A DNA stretch of 64,000 nucleotides from Eledone cirrhosa (taxonomy: Eukaryota), in the NCBI GenBank assembly GCA_964016885.1, contig OZ024761.1, positions 1,178,001 through 1,242,000 on the forward strand, in the 5' to 3' direction. The stretch's first letter is position 1; the number at the start of each line of letters is the position of its first letter. The notes under the pieces were generated by a model that worked only from the letters and a program-made list of their open reading frames with translations, did not search any database and was not told the origin of the DNA. Positions 41,111 to 56,502 of this stretch are shown here, in pieces. The position numbers and the translations under genes are program-made.

Positions 41111-42443
41111 CATCATCATCATCATCATCATCGTTTAATGTCCATATTCCACGCTTGCATGGGTTTGGACGGGAGTTTTCCCACTTGAGGCAAGAGTGGT
41201 TGTCTTGCTCGCATAGGACTGTCTGGCGGGTTTTCTACGGCTGGATGCCCTTCCTAACACCAACCACATTTACAGTGTGAAACTGGGAGGTTTTTACCGT
41301 GTTACCTACACGGCCACATTACAGCGTGGACTGTGTTTTTTTGTCGTGACACCTACACAACCTCATTTGTTTCGGGCTGGATGTTGTGGTACCAACATAA
41401 CTTTACATTGAAAGGGGTGGTGTGGATGGGGTGGGGGTAGTGGGACGGGGGTGTATTTTGTTAGAGGTGCCTACTGACTGTAGTAGGTTTCACTTTGTAC
41501 TTAGGTAAGGCGGGTCTTCTGTATTACTGTGTAGCGCCAAAGATCTCGGTCCAGTGACATTGTCTTGGAGAGGTGTAAGTGTGTGAGGTCGGAATTTATC
41601 ATCTTGTCCCTGGTTTTTCTGGGTCTGCCTACTCCGTGGCTACCGTCTATTTTTATTGCCCTGCACTTTTTTATACAGCTGTCGTCTTTCATGCGCATCA
41701 CGTGACCATACCAACGTAGTCTTCTCTCGAGTAAACAACATCTGATCCTTCTTATTTCTAATTTTTCCCTTAGCTCGTTTATGCTTTGCCGTTCACGTAT
41801 ATTACTATTACACATCCAGCGGAGCATGCAAGCTTCGTTCCTCTCCAGTCTGCGTATATCCTCTGCACACAATGCCCAGGTCTCACTGCCATGTAACATT
41901 GCTGTTCGTATGCAGGCATCATACAGCCTGCCTTTCATTTTTAGGGAGAACCCTTTAGCGGCCAATAGTGGTATAAGCTCTCTGAACTTTTTCCATCCAG
42001 TTCTGACTCTAGCTACTGTACTTTCAGAGCACCCTCCGCCACTACTGATTATGTCACCCAGGTAACGAAGCTGTCCACTATTTCTATAGAACCATCTGTG
42101 CAATCGAATGAGCTAGTATTCTGTGGGCACTTGCTGCTACTTATTGCACCTGAGCACCGGCCACATATAAAATCTATGTTCTTAGTTAGCTTACCTGTGA
42201 TCCCACTACATCTTTTATGCACCCATACTTTGCATTTGGGACATAAAATGGAGTTTCTACCTATTCCTTTCCTACACACTGAGCATGGCCATTTCCCGGA
42301 TGGGAAGTATAGGGGTTTACTTTTAGCTAGGTAGTTGTCGTACAATGAAAAGAGCGTCTGTGGTACTTTTACCTGACACAAACCCGAACTGCATTTCATC
42401 TAGATCAATTCTCTCTCTGATTAGTTGCGCTATTACTTTTTCC
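41111..42443 (-). mobile_element. RTE-clade LINE, 5'-truncated, internally deleted and frameshifted
   Basis: MQFGFVSGKSTTDALFIVRQL, a Cys/His cluster, then YLGDII..GG, LYDACIRTAMLHGSETW, RLRWYGHVMR, GRPRK, a 3' UTR and an (ATG)n tail. Confidence 0.9.
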
Positions 42444-42716
42444 GTATATATATGTATATATGTCTATATGTAAATATATATGTATATATGTATATATATA
42501 TGTACATACATATATATACATATATATATGCGTATACATATAAACATATATATATATATATATATATGTATGTATATATGTCTACATGTATATATATATA
42601 TATATGTGTATATATATATGTACATATATATATATATATATACATATATGTATATATGTATATATATGTACATATATATATACATATATATACATACATA
42701 TATACATATACATATA

Positions 42717-42833
<117 letters not shown>

Positions 42834-43057
42834 ATATGTCTACGTATATATATATGTACATATATATATATATATATACATATATGTATATATGTATATA
42901 TATGTACATATATATATACATATATATACATATATATATACATATACATATAAACATATATATATATATATATGTATATATGTCTACATGTATATATATA
43001 TATGTATATATGTATGTATATGTACATATATATAAATATATACATATACATATAAAC

Positions 43058-43092
<35 letters not shown>

Positions 43093-43099
43093 TGTATAT

Positions 43100-44408
43100 A
43101 TAATAATAATAATAATAATGAAATTATTGTGTAAAGTGCTCAGGTGCACTACAACTCGTCAATATAGTACATAGAATAATACACAAATGTCAGGGAAGTA
43201 CATGTTTGTATGTGTTAGCTGTAGTGTTGGCGGATCTCGGGAAGCATGGAGGCGTTAAAGGATGCAGTGTCTCGACAGCTAACAACTGACGCAGGCAGTT
43301 TGTTCCATGAGTGTCTTAAAGGATGCAGTGTCTCGACAGCTAACAACTGACGCAGGCAGTTTGTTCCATGAGTGTCTTAAAGGATGCAGTGTCTCGACAG
43401 CTAACAACTGATGCAGGTAGTTTGTTCCATGCTTCAGCAACTCTGAGCGTGAAAAAATGTTTCCGAAAGTCATGGGAACTGTGCTGTTTTCTTACTTTGT
43501 GGGCATGTCCATGTGTGTTAGACACATGGAAATCAAAAAGGTACTCAGGGTTGTTGTTGGCAACATGGTTAACGATTTTGTGGGTGTTTACCAAGTCAGT
43601 TGCCAGGCGTCGGAGCTTCAATGAATCCATGTCCAGGGAAGCAAGGCGCTCAGAGTATGGTAGATGCCTGATGGAGGGTATTCGCTTGGTTGCACGTCTC
43701 TGAACAGTTTCCAGGCGGTCAATGTCCTGAGCAAGATGGGGGTTCCAGACTGGTGATGCAAATTCTAAGTGTTGTTGCACCATAGTGGTATACAGCCTTA
43801 AATAGATATCTGGAGAGCGGCTGACAAAGGTCTTGCTGAGTGATGCTAAGACACCCTCGGCCCTCTTGACAATTTTAGAGACGTACCTCGTCCAACGCAA
43901 ATCGCTGCTGACCATAATGCCCAGGTAACGTTCACAGGAAGACTTCTTGATATTAGTGCTGTGGAGGGAGTATGTGGACGCTGGGTTTTTACTCCCAAAA
44001 TGCATGGTGGTGCACTTGTCCACAACTGGCTTGAGTTGCCAGTCTGAGATCCATTGTTGCATTGTGTCCAGGTTAGACTGCAAGCAAGATCTATAGTGTT
44101 CAGGATCTGTCCTTTTTATCTCAAGGTACAGCTTGATGTCATCTGCGTACTTTAGTACTGTGGCATTCTTTAAGTTGGCATCTATGTCATTAATATATGC
44201 CACAAACAAAAAAGGGCCAAGAACAGATCCCTGTGGTACACCAGATGACATCTCATATGGTGAGGAATGCTGTCCCAGAACCGTGACTACCTCTCTTCGA
44301 CTGAGAATGAAGGACTTCAACCAGTTAAAAAGATCATCCTTCACACCCATTGCAGAGAGTTTTGCCATAAGCCTTTTGTGTGGCACAGAATTGAAGGCCT
44401 TCGCAAAG
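43100..44408 (-). mobile_element. CR1/L2-type LINE reverse transcriptase, 5'-truncated
   Basis: FAKAFNSVPH, SGVPQGSVLGP, YADD, YLGI, LETVQRRATK, RKHFFTLRVAEAWNKLP and a (TTA)n tail. The annotated N-terminus is microsatellite. Confidence 0.92.
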
Positions 44409-44889
44409 TATGTGTATATATATATATACACACACACATATATATATATATGTACACAGATACTCATACATATATATATATATACACAATATTTGCATAG
44501 ACATTTATACAGCGGCGATGTGGGAGTTGTGTTCTTCACAGAATAGTGTGATAAATAGACAGATAGACAGCCAGGCTTGTTTGACCATTGTTTGCTGAAA
44601 AGGGATGGAAACTTTGGAGGATGGTGGGTTGGATTGGAGGGTTGTGCAGATTAGGGTATTACTGTAGGATGGGGGATTGAATTGGAGGGGTAGAATTGGG
44701 AGGTATGTGGGGCAGAAATGGGGTGAATCTGGAGAATGGAGCGCTAAATTGGAGGGGGTATTACTGGAGTATGGGGGACTGAATTGAAGGGGTAGATTTG
44801 GGAGGAATGGGGGGAAGAAATGGAGTGTAACTGGAGAATGGAGTGCTAAATTGGGGGGGGGGGGGGAATTGAGGGGAATAGTATATTAC

Positions 44890-47800
44890 TGGAGAATAGG
44901 GCACTAAATTAGAGGGGGTTGAATTGAGGAAATGGTATATTATTGGAGAATAGAGCACTAAATTGGAAGGGGTTGAATTGGGGGGAATGGTATATTATTG
45001 GAGAGTAGAGCACTACATTAGAGGGGGTTGAATTGGGGGGAATGATATATTATTGGAGAATAGAGCACTAAATTAGAGGGGGTTGAATTGGGGAGAATGA
45101 TATATTATTGGAGAATAGAGCACTAAATAAGAGGGGGTTGAAGTGGGGGGAATGGTATATTATTGGAGAATAGAGCACTAAATTGGAGGGGGTTGAATTG
45201 GGGGGAATGGTATATTATTGGAGAATAGAGCACTAAATTAGAGGGGGTTGAATTGGGGAGAATGATATATTATTGGAGAATAGAGCACTAAATTAGAGGG
45301 GGTTGAATTGGGGGGAATGGTATATTATTGGAGAATAGAGCACTAAATTGGAGGGGGTTGAATTGGGGGGGAATGGTATATTATTGGAGAATAGAGCACT
45401 AAATAAGAGGGGGTTGAATTGGGGGGAATGGTATATTATTGGAGAATAGAGCACTAAATTGGAGGGGGTTGAATTGGGGGGAATGGTATATTATTGGAGA
45501 ATAGAGCACTAAATTGGAGGGGGTTGAATTGGGGGGAATGGTATATTATTGGAGAGTAGAGCACTAAATTGGAGGGGGTTGAATTGGGGGGAATGGTATA
45601 TTATTGGAGAATAGAGCACTAAATTGGAGGGGGTTGAATTGGGGGGAATGGTATATTATTGGAGAGTAGAGCACTAAATAAGAGGGGGTTGAATTGGGGG
45701 GAATGGTATATTATTGGAGAATAGAGCACTAAATTGGAGGGGGTTGAATTGGGGGGAATGGTATATTATTGGAGAGTAGAGCACTAAATTAGAGGGGGTT
45801 GAATTGGGGGGAATGGTATATTATTGGAGAATAGAGCACTAAATTGGAGGGGGTTGAATTGGGGGGAATGGTATATTATTGGAGAGTAGAGCACTAAATT
45901 AGAGGGGGTTGAATTGGGGGGAATGGTATATTATTGGAGAATAGAGCACTAAATTGGAGGGGGTTGAATTGGGGGGAATGGTATATTATTGGAGAGTAGA
46001 GCACTAAATTAGAGGGGGTTGAATTGGGGGGAATGGTATATTATTGGAGAATAGAGCACTAAATTGGAGGGGGTTGAATTGGGGGGGAATGGTATATTAT
46101 TGGAGAAGAAAGCACTAAATTGGAGGGGGTTGAATTGGGGGGGAATGGTATATTATTGGAGAATAGAGCACTAAATTGGAGGGGGTTGAATTGGGGGGAA
46201 TGGTATATTATTGGAGAGTAGAGCACTAAATTGGAGGGGGTTGAATTGGGGGAAATGGTATATTATTGGAGAGTAGAGCACTAAATTGGAGGGGGTTGAA
46301 TTGGGGGGGAATGGTATATTATTGGAGAATAGAGCACTAAATTAGAGGGGGTTGAATTGGGGGGAATGGTATATTATTGGAGAGTAGAGCACTAAATTGG
46401 AGGGGGTTGAATTGGGGGGGAATGGTATATTATTGGAGAGTAGAGCACTAAATTGGAGGGGGTTGAATTGGGGGGGAATGGTATATTATTGGAGAATAGA
46501 GCACTAAATTGGAGGGGGTTGAATTGGGGGGGAATGGTATATTATTGGAGAAGAAAGCACTAAATTGGAGGGGGTTGAATTGGGGGGGAATGGTATATTA
46601 TTGGAGAATAGAGCACTAAATTAGAGGGGGTTGAATTGGGGGGAATGGTATATTATTGGAGAGTAGAGCACTAAATTGGAGGGGGTTGAATTGGGGGGGA
46701 ATGGTATATTATTGGAGAATAGAGCACTAAATTAGAGGGGGTTGAATTGGGGGGAATGGTATATTATTGGAGAAGAGAGCACTAAATTAGAGGGGGTTGA
46801 ATTGGGGGGGAATGGTATATTATTGGAGAAGAAAGCACTAAATTGGAGGGGGTTGAATTGGGGGGGAATGGTATATTATTGGAGAGTAGAGCACTAAATT
46901 GGAGGGGGTTGAATTGGGGGAAATGGTATATTATTGGAGAAGAAAGCACTAAATTGGAGGGGGTTGAATTGGGGGGGAATGGTATATTATTGGAGAATAG
47001 AGCACTAAATTAGAGGGGGTTGAATTGGGGGGAATGGTATATTATTGGAGAAGAGAGCACTAAATTAGAGGGGGTTGAATTGGGGGGGAATGGTATATTA
47101 TTGGAGAAGAAAGCACTAAATTGGAGGGGGTTGAATTGGGGGGGAATGGTATATTATTGGAGAATAGAGCACTAAATTGGAGGGGGTTGAATTGGGGGAA
47201 TGGTATATTATTGGAGAATAGAGCACTAAATTGGAGGGGGTTGAATTGGGGGAATGGTATATTATTGGAGAATAGAGCACTAAATTGGAGGGGGTTGAAT
47301 TGGGGGGGATGGTATATTATTGGAGAATAGAGCACTAAATTGGAGGGGGTTGAATTGGGGGGGAATGGTATATTATTGGAGAAGAAAGCACTAAATTGGA
47401 GGGGGTTGAATTGGGGGGGAATGGTATATTATTGGAGAATAGAGCACTAAATTGGAGGGGGTTGAATTGGGGGAATGGTATATTATTGGAGAATAGAGCA
47501 CTAAATTAGAGGGGGTTGAATTGGGGGGAATGGTATATTATTGGAGAATAGAGCACTAAATTGGAGGGGGTTGAATTGGGGGGAATGGTATATTATTGGA
47601 GAATAGAGCACTAAATTGGAGGGGGTTGAATTGGGGGGGAATGGTATATTATTGGAGAATAGAGCACTAAATTAGAGGGGGTTGAATTGGGGGGGAATGG
47701 TATATTATTGGAGAATAGAGCACTAAATAAGAGGGGGTTGAATTGGGGGAATGGTATATTATTGGAGAATAGAGCACTAAATTGGAGGGGGTTGAATTGG

Positions 47801-50640
47801 GGGGAATGGTATATTATTGGAGAATAGAGCACTAAATTGGAGGGGGTTGAATTGGGGGGGAATGGTATATTATTGGAGAATAGAGCACTAAATTGGAGGG
47901 GGTTGAATTGGGGGGAATGGTATATTATTGGAGAATAGAGCACTAAATAAGAGGGGGTTGAATTGGGGGGGAATGGTATATTATTGGAGAATAGAGCACT
48001 AAATTGGAGGGGGTTGAATTGGGGGGGAATGGTATATTATTGGAGAATAGAGCACTAAATTGGAGGGGGTTGAATTGGGGGAATGGTATATTATTGGAGA
48101 ATAGAGCACTAAATAAGAGGGGGTTGAATTGGGGGGAATGGTATATTATTGGAGAATAGAGCACTAAATAAGAGGGGGTTGAATTGGGGGAATGGTATAT
48201 TATTGGAGAATAGAGCACTAAATTGGAGGGGGTTGAATTGGGGGGAATGGTATATTATTGGAGAATAGAGCACTAAATTGGAGGGGGTTGAATTGGGGGG
48301 GAATGGTATATTATTGGAGAATAGAGCACTAAATTGGAGGGGGTTGAATTGGGGGGGAATGGTATATTATTGGAGAATAGAGCACTAAATTGGAGGGGGT
48401 TGAATTGGGGGGAATGGTATATTATTGGAGAAGAGAGCACTAAATTAGAGGGGGTTGAATTGGGGGGGAATGGTATATTATTGGAGAAGAAAGCACTAAA
48501 TTGGAGGGGGTTGAATTGGGGGGGAATGGTATATTATTGGAGAATAGAGCACTAAATTGGAGGGGGTTGAATTGGGGGAATGGTATATTATTGGAGAATA
48601 GAGCACTAAATTAGAGGGGGTTGAATTGGGGGGAATGGTATATTATTGGAGAATAGAGCACTAAATTGGAGGGGGTTGAATTGGGGGAAATGGTATATTA
48701 TTGGAGAGTAGAGCACTAAATTGGAGGGGGTTGAATTGGGGGGGAATGGTATATTATTGGAGAATAGAGCACTAAATTAGAGGGGGTTGAATTGGGGGGG
48801 AATGGTATATTATTGGAGAATAGAGCACTAAATTGGAGGGGGTTGAATTGGGGGGAATGGTATATTATTGGAGAATAGAGCACTAAATTGGAGGGGGTTG
48901 AATTGGGGGGAATGGTATATTATTGGAGAATAGAGCACTAAATTGGAGGGGGTTGAATTGGGGGGAATGGTATATTATTGGAGAAGAGAGCACTAAATTG
49001 GAGGGGGTTGAATTGGGGGAAATGGTATATTATTGGAGAATAGAGCACTAAATTGGAGGGGGTTGAATTGGGGGGAATGGTATATTATTGGAGAATAGAG
49101 CACTAAATTGGAGGGGGTTGAATTGGGGGGGAATGGTATATTATTGGAGAATAGAGCACTAAATTGGAGGGGGTTGAATTGGGGGAATGGTATATTATTG
49201 GAGAAGAGAGCACTAAATTGGAGGGGGTTGAATTGGGGGAAATGGTATATTATTGGAGAATAGAGCACTAAATTGGAGGGGGTTGAATTGGGGGGAATGG
49301 TATATTATTGGAGAATAGAGCACTAAATTGGAGGGGGTTGAATTGGGGGGGAATGGTATATTATTGGAGAATAGAGCACTAAATTGGAGGGGGTTGAATT
49401 GGGGGAATGGTATATTATTGGAGAATAGAGCACTAAATAAGAGGGGGTTGAATTGGGGGGAATGGTATATTATTGGAGAATAGAGCACTAAATAAGAGGG
49501 GGTTAAATTGGGGGGAATGGTATATTATTGGAGAATAGAGCACTAAATTGGAGGGGGTTGAATTGGGGGGAATGGTATATTATTGGAGAAGAGAGCACTA
49601 AATTGGAGGGGGTTGAATTGGGGGAAATGGTATATTATTGGAGAGTAGAGCACTAAATTGGAGGGGGTTGAATTGGGGGGAATGGTATATTATTGGAGAG
49701 TAGAGCACTAAATAAGAGGGGGTTGAATTGGGGGAAATGGTATATTATTGGAGAATAGAGCACTAAATTGGAGGGGGTTGAATTGGGGGAAATGGTATAT
49801 TATTGGAGAGTAGAGCACTAAATTGGAGGGGGTTGAATTGGGGGGAATGGTATATTATTGGAGAGTAGAGCACTAAATTGGAGGGGGTTGAATTGGGGGG
49901 AATGGTATATTATTGGAGAGTAGAGCACTAAATTGGAGGGGGTTGAATTGGGGGGAATGGTATATTATTGGAGAGTAGAGCACTAAATTGGAGGGGGTTG
50001 AATTGGGGGAAATGGTATATTATTGGAGAGTAGAGCACTAAATTGGAGGGGGTTGAATTGGGGGGAATGGTATATTATTGGAGAGTAGAGCACTAAATTG
50101 GAGGGGGTTGAATTGGGGGAAATGGTATATTATTGGAGAGTAGAGCACTAAATTGGAGGGGGTTGAATTGGGGGGAATGGTATATTATTGGAGAGTAGAG
50201 CACTAAATTGGAGGGGGTTGAATTGGGGGAAATGGTATATTATTGGAGAGTAGAGCACTAAATTGGAGGGGGTTGAATTGGGGGGAATGGTATATTATTG
50301 GAGAATAGAGCACTAAATTGGAGGGGGTTGAATTGGGGGGAATGGTATATTATTGGAGAATAGAGCACTAAATTAGAGGGGCTTGAATTGGGGGGAATGG
50401 TATATTATTGGAGAATAGAGCACTAAATTAGAGGGGGTTGAATTGGGGGGAATGGTATATTATTGGAGAATAGAGCACTAAATTGGAGGGGGTTGAATTG
50501 GGGGGAATGGTATATTATTGGAGAATAGAGCACTAAATTGGAGGGGGTTGAATTGGGGGGAATGGTATATTATTGGAGAATAGAGCACTAAATTGGAGGG
50601 GGTTGAATTGGGGGGAATGGTATATTATTGGAGAAGAGAG
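44890..50640. repeat. 55-bp G-rich satellite (about 100 units)
   Basis: Unit aatggtatattattggagaatagagcactaaattggagggggttgaattgggggg with variable G-run length. Degenerate units extend left to ~44620. Confidence 0.95.
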
Positions 50641-50961
50641 AGTATATTATTGGAGATGGAGTATTACTGGAGAACAGTGTAGCCCTAGTTCTGTTGGCCA
50701 TGGCAAACCCTTTACTCTGTGGACCCTCAGTTCAGGTGCCGCATGGAACCACTATACCAAGGGTCTGGTGAGATGGCCCCGCCTAACCCATCTCACAGTG
50801 TAGCCATCTTTTTGGAGCCCGGTACTGGATGGCACAGCTATGAGGAGGGACATTTCTATATATATATATATATAATGGGTGGATCTCTAATATATTTTGG
50901 GATATAACCACAGTTGAAAAGGGTACTCAATGCATCGGTAGAGTATGGGCATCATTATTTT

Positions 50962-51351
50962 GGTGGGTTGGCAGTATCGGTAGAGCATCGGACGCCAAGC
51001 TTTGCAGCATATAGTTACGGATCTTTGTGTTCTGCGTTCAAATCCCACCATGGTTAACTTTGCATTTTATCCTTACGGGGTCAATAAAATAAAGTACCAG
51101 TGTGGTCAAATTAATTGACCCATGCCCCAAATTACTGGCCCTTTGCCTATACTAGAAATCATTAGTGGATTGGCAGTATCGGTAGAGGGTCGGACGCCAT
51201 GCTTTGACGCATGGAGTTATGGTCCTTGCCATTCTGAGTTCACATTCCGCCGAGGTTAACTTTGCCTTTCATCCTTACGGGGTCGATAAAATAAGGTACC
51301 AGTAATGCATTGGGGTAATTGCTGGCCTTGTGCTAAAAGTAGAAACAATTA
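50962..51351 (+). mobile_element. Two tandem SINE family A copies
   Basis: Two A/B-box units. Confidence 0.85.
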
Positions 51352-51507
51352 TTTTATTATAGAAATGACTTCTACAGGACATACATATAGAAAGTTATAT
51401 ATATACACATAGACACATACATACACACGTAAACTACACACACACACACACATAGACACATACCCATTCATATACATACATAAATATACAGACACACATG
51501 TAGGTAA

Positions 51508-51541
<34 letters not shown>

Positions 51542-51705
51542 CATATACATATATCTCTACATATATATATATGTCCATACCTATAAACATAATATATATA
51601 TATACATATACCCATATATATATATATATATACATATACCCATATATATATATATACATATACCCATATATATATACATATACCCATATATATATATACA
51701 TATAC

Positions 51706-51744
<39 letters not shown>

Positions 51745-52339
51745 CCCATATATATATATATATACATATACCCATATATATATACATATACCCATATATA
51801 TATATATATGCACATACTTACACATATATACATACACATACATATACACATACATAATCACATACATACATATCTAACTCATGCTGACATGAAAAATGGA
51901 CGTGAGATGATGATGATACATATTCACATACATACACACACACACATAGACACATATACACATATATACATATATACATATATACACATATACACATATA
52001 TACATATATACATATACACATACATACACACCCACATAGACACATATATACATATACACATATACACATATATACATATACACATACATATATACAAATA
52101 CATATACATACGCATTTACACATACGTATTCATATACACATACATGTACATAATCACATACACGTTTAACCCATGCTAGCATGGGAAAATGGATGTTAAA
52201 TGGATGATGATGATGATACACATAGTTACATACACATACATACACATATATGTATACACACACATATATATATAAAGATACACATACATGCGAATCCATA
52301 CACATATACACATACATACACATGCACATACATATAGAA

Positions 52340-53457
52340 ACACATATTCATATATACATATACACACGTAGAAACACATATTCATATATACATATACACA
52401 TACATAGAACTACATATTCATATATACATATACACATACATAGAACTACATATTCATATATACATATATATATATATATACATATATGTATACACTCATA
52501 CATATAGCAATACATATACACATATGTACACATACATACATACATACACATACATACACACACATATATACATAGAACTACATATTCATATATACATATA
52601 CACATACATAGAACTACATATTCATATATACATATATATATATATATACATATATGTATACACTCATACATATAGCAATACATATACACATATGTACACA
52701 TACATACATACATACACATACATACACACACATATATACATAGAACTACATATTCATATATACATATACACATACATAGAACTACATATTCATATATACA
52801 TATATATATATATATACATATATGTATACACTCATACATATAGCAATACATATACACATATGTACACATACATACATACATACACATACAGACACACACA
52901 TATATATATAGAAACACATATTCATATATACATATACACATACATAGAACTACATATTCATATATACATATATATATATATATACATATATGTATACACT
53001 CATACATATAGCAATACATATACACATATGTACACATACATACATACATACACATACATACACACACATATATATATAGAAACACATATTCATATATACA
53101 TATACACATACATAGAACTACATATTCATATATACATATATATATATATACATATATGTATACACTCATACATATAGCAATACATATACACATATGTACA
53201 CATACATACATACATACACATACATACACACACATATATATAGAAACACATATTCATATATACATATACACATACATAGAACTACATATTCATATATACA
53301 TATACACATACATAGAACTACATATTCATATATACATATATATATATACATATATGTATACACTCATACATATAGCAATACATATACACATATGTACACA
53401 TACATACATACACACACATATATATATATATATAACTACATATTCATATATACATAT

Positions 53458-53460
<3 letters not shown>
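52340..53460. repeat. 168-bp tandem repeat built from CA/TA microsatellite
   Basis: catatagcaa at 52501, 52669, 52837 and onward. Confidence 0.8.
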
Positions 53461-53524
<64 letters not shown>

Positions 53525-53824
53525 CACATACACATCTACTAGTTTCTCTCTCCATTTTCAGTGGCCATCAATATCGTTTGGAGGAGAAATAGACTGTTCA
53601 ATAAGTAATGAACGTTTTTGACAGACCTAATATATTATGAATGAAGAAAGAAAATTACTCTGGCTTTAAATATTTCACTGAGCTTACACTACAGTCAACA
53701 CACAACCCCCTCCTCCGTCTCCTCCTCACATATAATATATGTTAACAAGAGGAGGAGGAGGGGGGGGGGTAATAAATAAATAAAATAATAATAGTAATAA
53801 TAATAGTAATAATAATAATAATTG

Positions 53825-54491
53825 AGTCTACATTTGGCACAAAGCCAGCAAATTACCCAGTGCATTGCTGGTACTTTATTTTATCGACCCCCTAAGTAAG
53901 GATGAAAGGCAAAGTTGACCGCAGCAGGAGTTGAACTCAGACTGTAAAGGGACGTAACTCTATGCTGCAAAACATGGCGTCCGACCTTCTACCGATACTG
54001 CCAATCCACATCCATTAGTAATCCAATAGTAACCCAATAGTAATAATAATAATGCTTTATGATTTAGGCACAAGGCCAACAATTTTTTTTTTTGGGGGGG
54101 GGGGGGGTAAGGTTGATTAAATCGAACCCAGTGAATTACTGGTACTTTATTTTATTGACCACTGTAAGGATGAAAGTCAAAGTAAACCTCAGTAGGATTT
54201 GAACTCTAACCCTAAAAGGCCGTAACTCTATGTTGCAAAGCATGGTGTCTGACGCTCTACCGATTGCCGCCAGAAAAAAACAATGATAATGGTTTCTGAT
54301 TCGGGCACAAAGCCAACAATTTTTGGGGAAAAGGGGAAAGTCGATTAAATCGACCCCAGTGCATTACTGGTACTTTATTTTATCGACCTCCGTAAGGATG
54401 AATGGCAAGCCTTGGGATTTGAACGGAGAACGCAAAGGGTCGTAACTATGCTGCAAAGCATGGTATCTGATGCTTTACCAATACTGCCAAT
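53825..54491 (-). mobile_element. Three stacked SINE family A copies
   Basis: Units at ~53825-54010, 54053-54272 and 54288-54491. Confidence 0.85.
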
Positions 54492-54496
54492 GGGTT

Positions 54497-56240
54497 CTGT
54501 CACCCATTTTAACACCACCACCTGGTCTTTGGGTGGTAGACTTAATCTGTCACCCAGTTTAACACCACCACCTGGTCTTTGGGTGGTAGACTTAATCTGT
54601 CACGCAGTTTAACACCACCACCTGCTTCTTGGGTGGTAGACTTAATCTGTCACCCAATTTAACACCATAGCCTGGTCTCTGTGTGATACACTTCATCTGT
54701 CACCCAGTTTAACACGACCACCTGGTCTTTGGGTGATAGACTTAATTTGTCACCCAATTTAACACCATAGCCTGGTCTCTGTGTGATACACTTAATCTGT
54801 CACCCAATTTAACACCACCACCTGGTCTTTGGGTGATAGACTTAATTTGTCACCCAGTTTAACACCACCACCTGGTCTTTGGGTGATAGACTTAATTTGT
54901 CACCCAATTTAACACCACCACCTGGTCTTTGGGTGATAGACTTAATTTGTCACCCAGTTTAACACCACCACCTGGTCTTTGGGTGGTAGACTTAATCTGT
55001 CACCCAGTTTAACACCACCACCTGGTCTTTGGGTGGTAGACTTAATTTGTCACCCAGTTTAACACCACCACCTGGTCTTTGGGTGGTAGACTTAATCTGT
55101 CACCCAGTTTAACACCACCACCTGGTCTTTGGGTGGTAGACTTAATCTGTCACCCAGTTTAACACCACCACCTGGTCTTTGGGTGGTAGACTTAATCTGT
55201 CACGCAGTTTAACACCACCACCTGGTCTTTGGGTGGTAGACTTAATCTGTCACCCAGTTTAACACCACCACCTGGTCTTTGGGTGATAGACTTAATCTGT
55301 CACCCAGTTTAACACCACCACCTGGTCTTTGGGTGATAGACTTAATCTGTCACCCAGTTTAACACCACCACCTGGTCTTTGGGTGATAGACTTAATCTGT
55401 CACCCAGTTTAACACCACCACCTGGTCTTTGGGTGATACACTTAATCTGTCACCCAGTTTAACACCACAACCTGGTCTTTGGGTGGTAGACTTAATTTGT
55501 CACCCAGTTTAACACCACCACCTGGTCTTAGGGTGATACACTTAATCTGTCACCCAGTTTAACACCACCACCTGGTCTTTGGGTGATAGACTTAATCTGT
55601 CACCCAGTTTAACACCACCACCTGGTCTATGGATGATACACTTAATCTGTCACCCAGTTTAACACCACCACCTGGTCTTTGGGTGGTAGACTTAATTTGT
55701 CACCCAGTTTAACACCACCACCTGGTCTTTGGGTGATAGACTTAATCTGTCACCCAGTTTAACACCACCACCTGGTCTTTGGGTGATAGACTTAATCTGT
55801 CACCCAGTTTAACACCACCACTTGGTCTTTGGGTGATAGACTTAATTTGTCACCCAGTTGAACACGGCCACCTGGTCTTTGGGTGATACACTTAATCTGT
55901 CACCCAGTTTAACACCACCACCTGGTCTTTGGGTGATAGACTTAATCTGTCACCCAGTTTAACACCACCACTTGGTCTTTGGGTGATAGACTTAATTTGT
56001 CACCCAGTTGAACACGGCCACCTGGTCTTTGGGTGATACACTTAATCTGTCACCCAGCTTAACACCACCATCTGATCCTTAGATGATATACTTAATCTGA
56101 TACCTAGTTTAATACCACCACCTTCTCCCTGGGGGATCAACTTAATCTCTTACCTGGTTTAACACCACCACTTGGTCCTTGGGTGGTAGACTTAATCTGT
56201 CACCTAGTTTAACTCCATACTTGGTCCTTGAGTGATAGAT
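54497..56240. repeat. 50-bp satellite (about 34 units)
   Basis: Unit cacccagtttaacaccaccacctggtctttgggtggtagacttaatctgt. Confidence 0.95.
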
Positions 56241-56502
56241 TTAATCTATTACCTGATTTATGACATTTTATTGTAGTACATATTTCTAATGAAAGACTTT
56301 ACCTATGATTTTGAAATAATATTGAAAATAATCAAGAATTTTGTGGGATTTAGTAATATAACTAATTTTCGCATTATTAAGCTGGTATTTCGAACATAAC
56401 TTAACAAGGGGTCTTACCTAGAATTATGATGGAAAGTAAAACAAACAGTTTTTTTCCTTATCATAGAACCAGAACCTCGTCTTTCTGAGTCTGCCACAAT
56501 CG

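Noticed and set aside
44409-44539. N-terminal part of the 399-aa LINE ORF
   Set aside because: Read-through of a TA/CA microsatellite upstream of the 5' truncation point.
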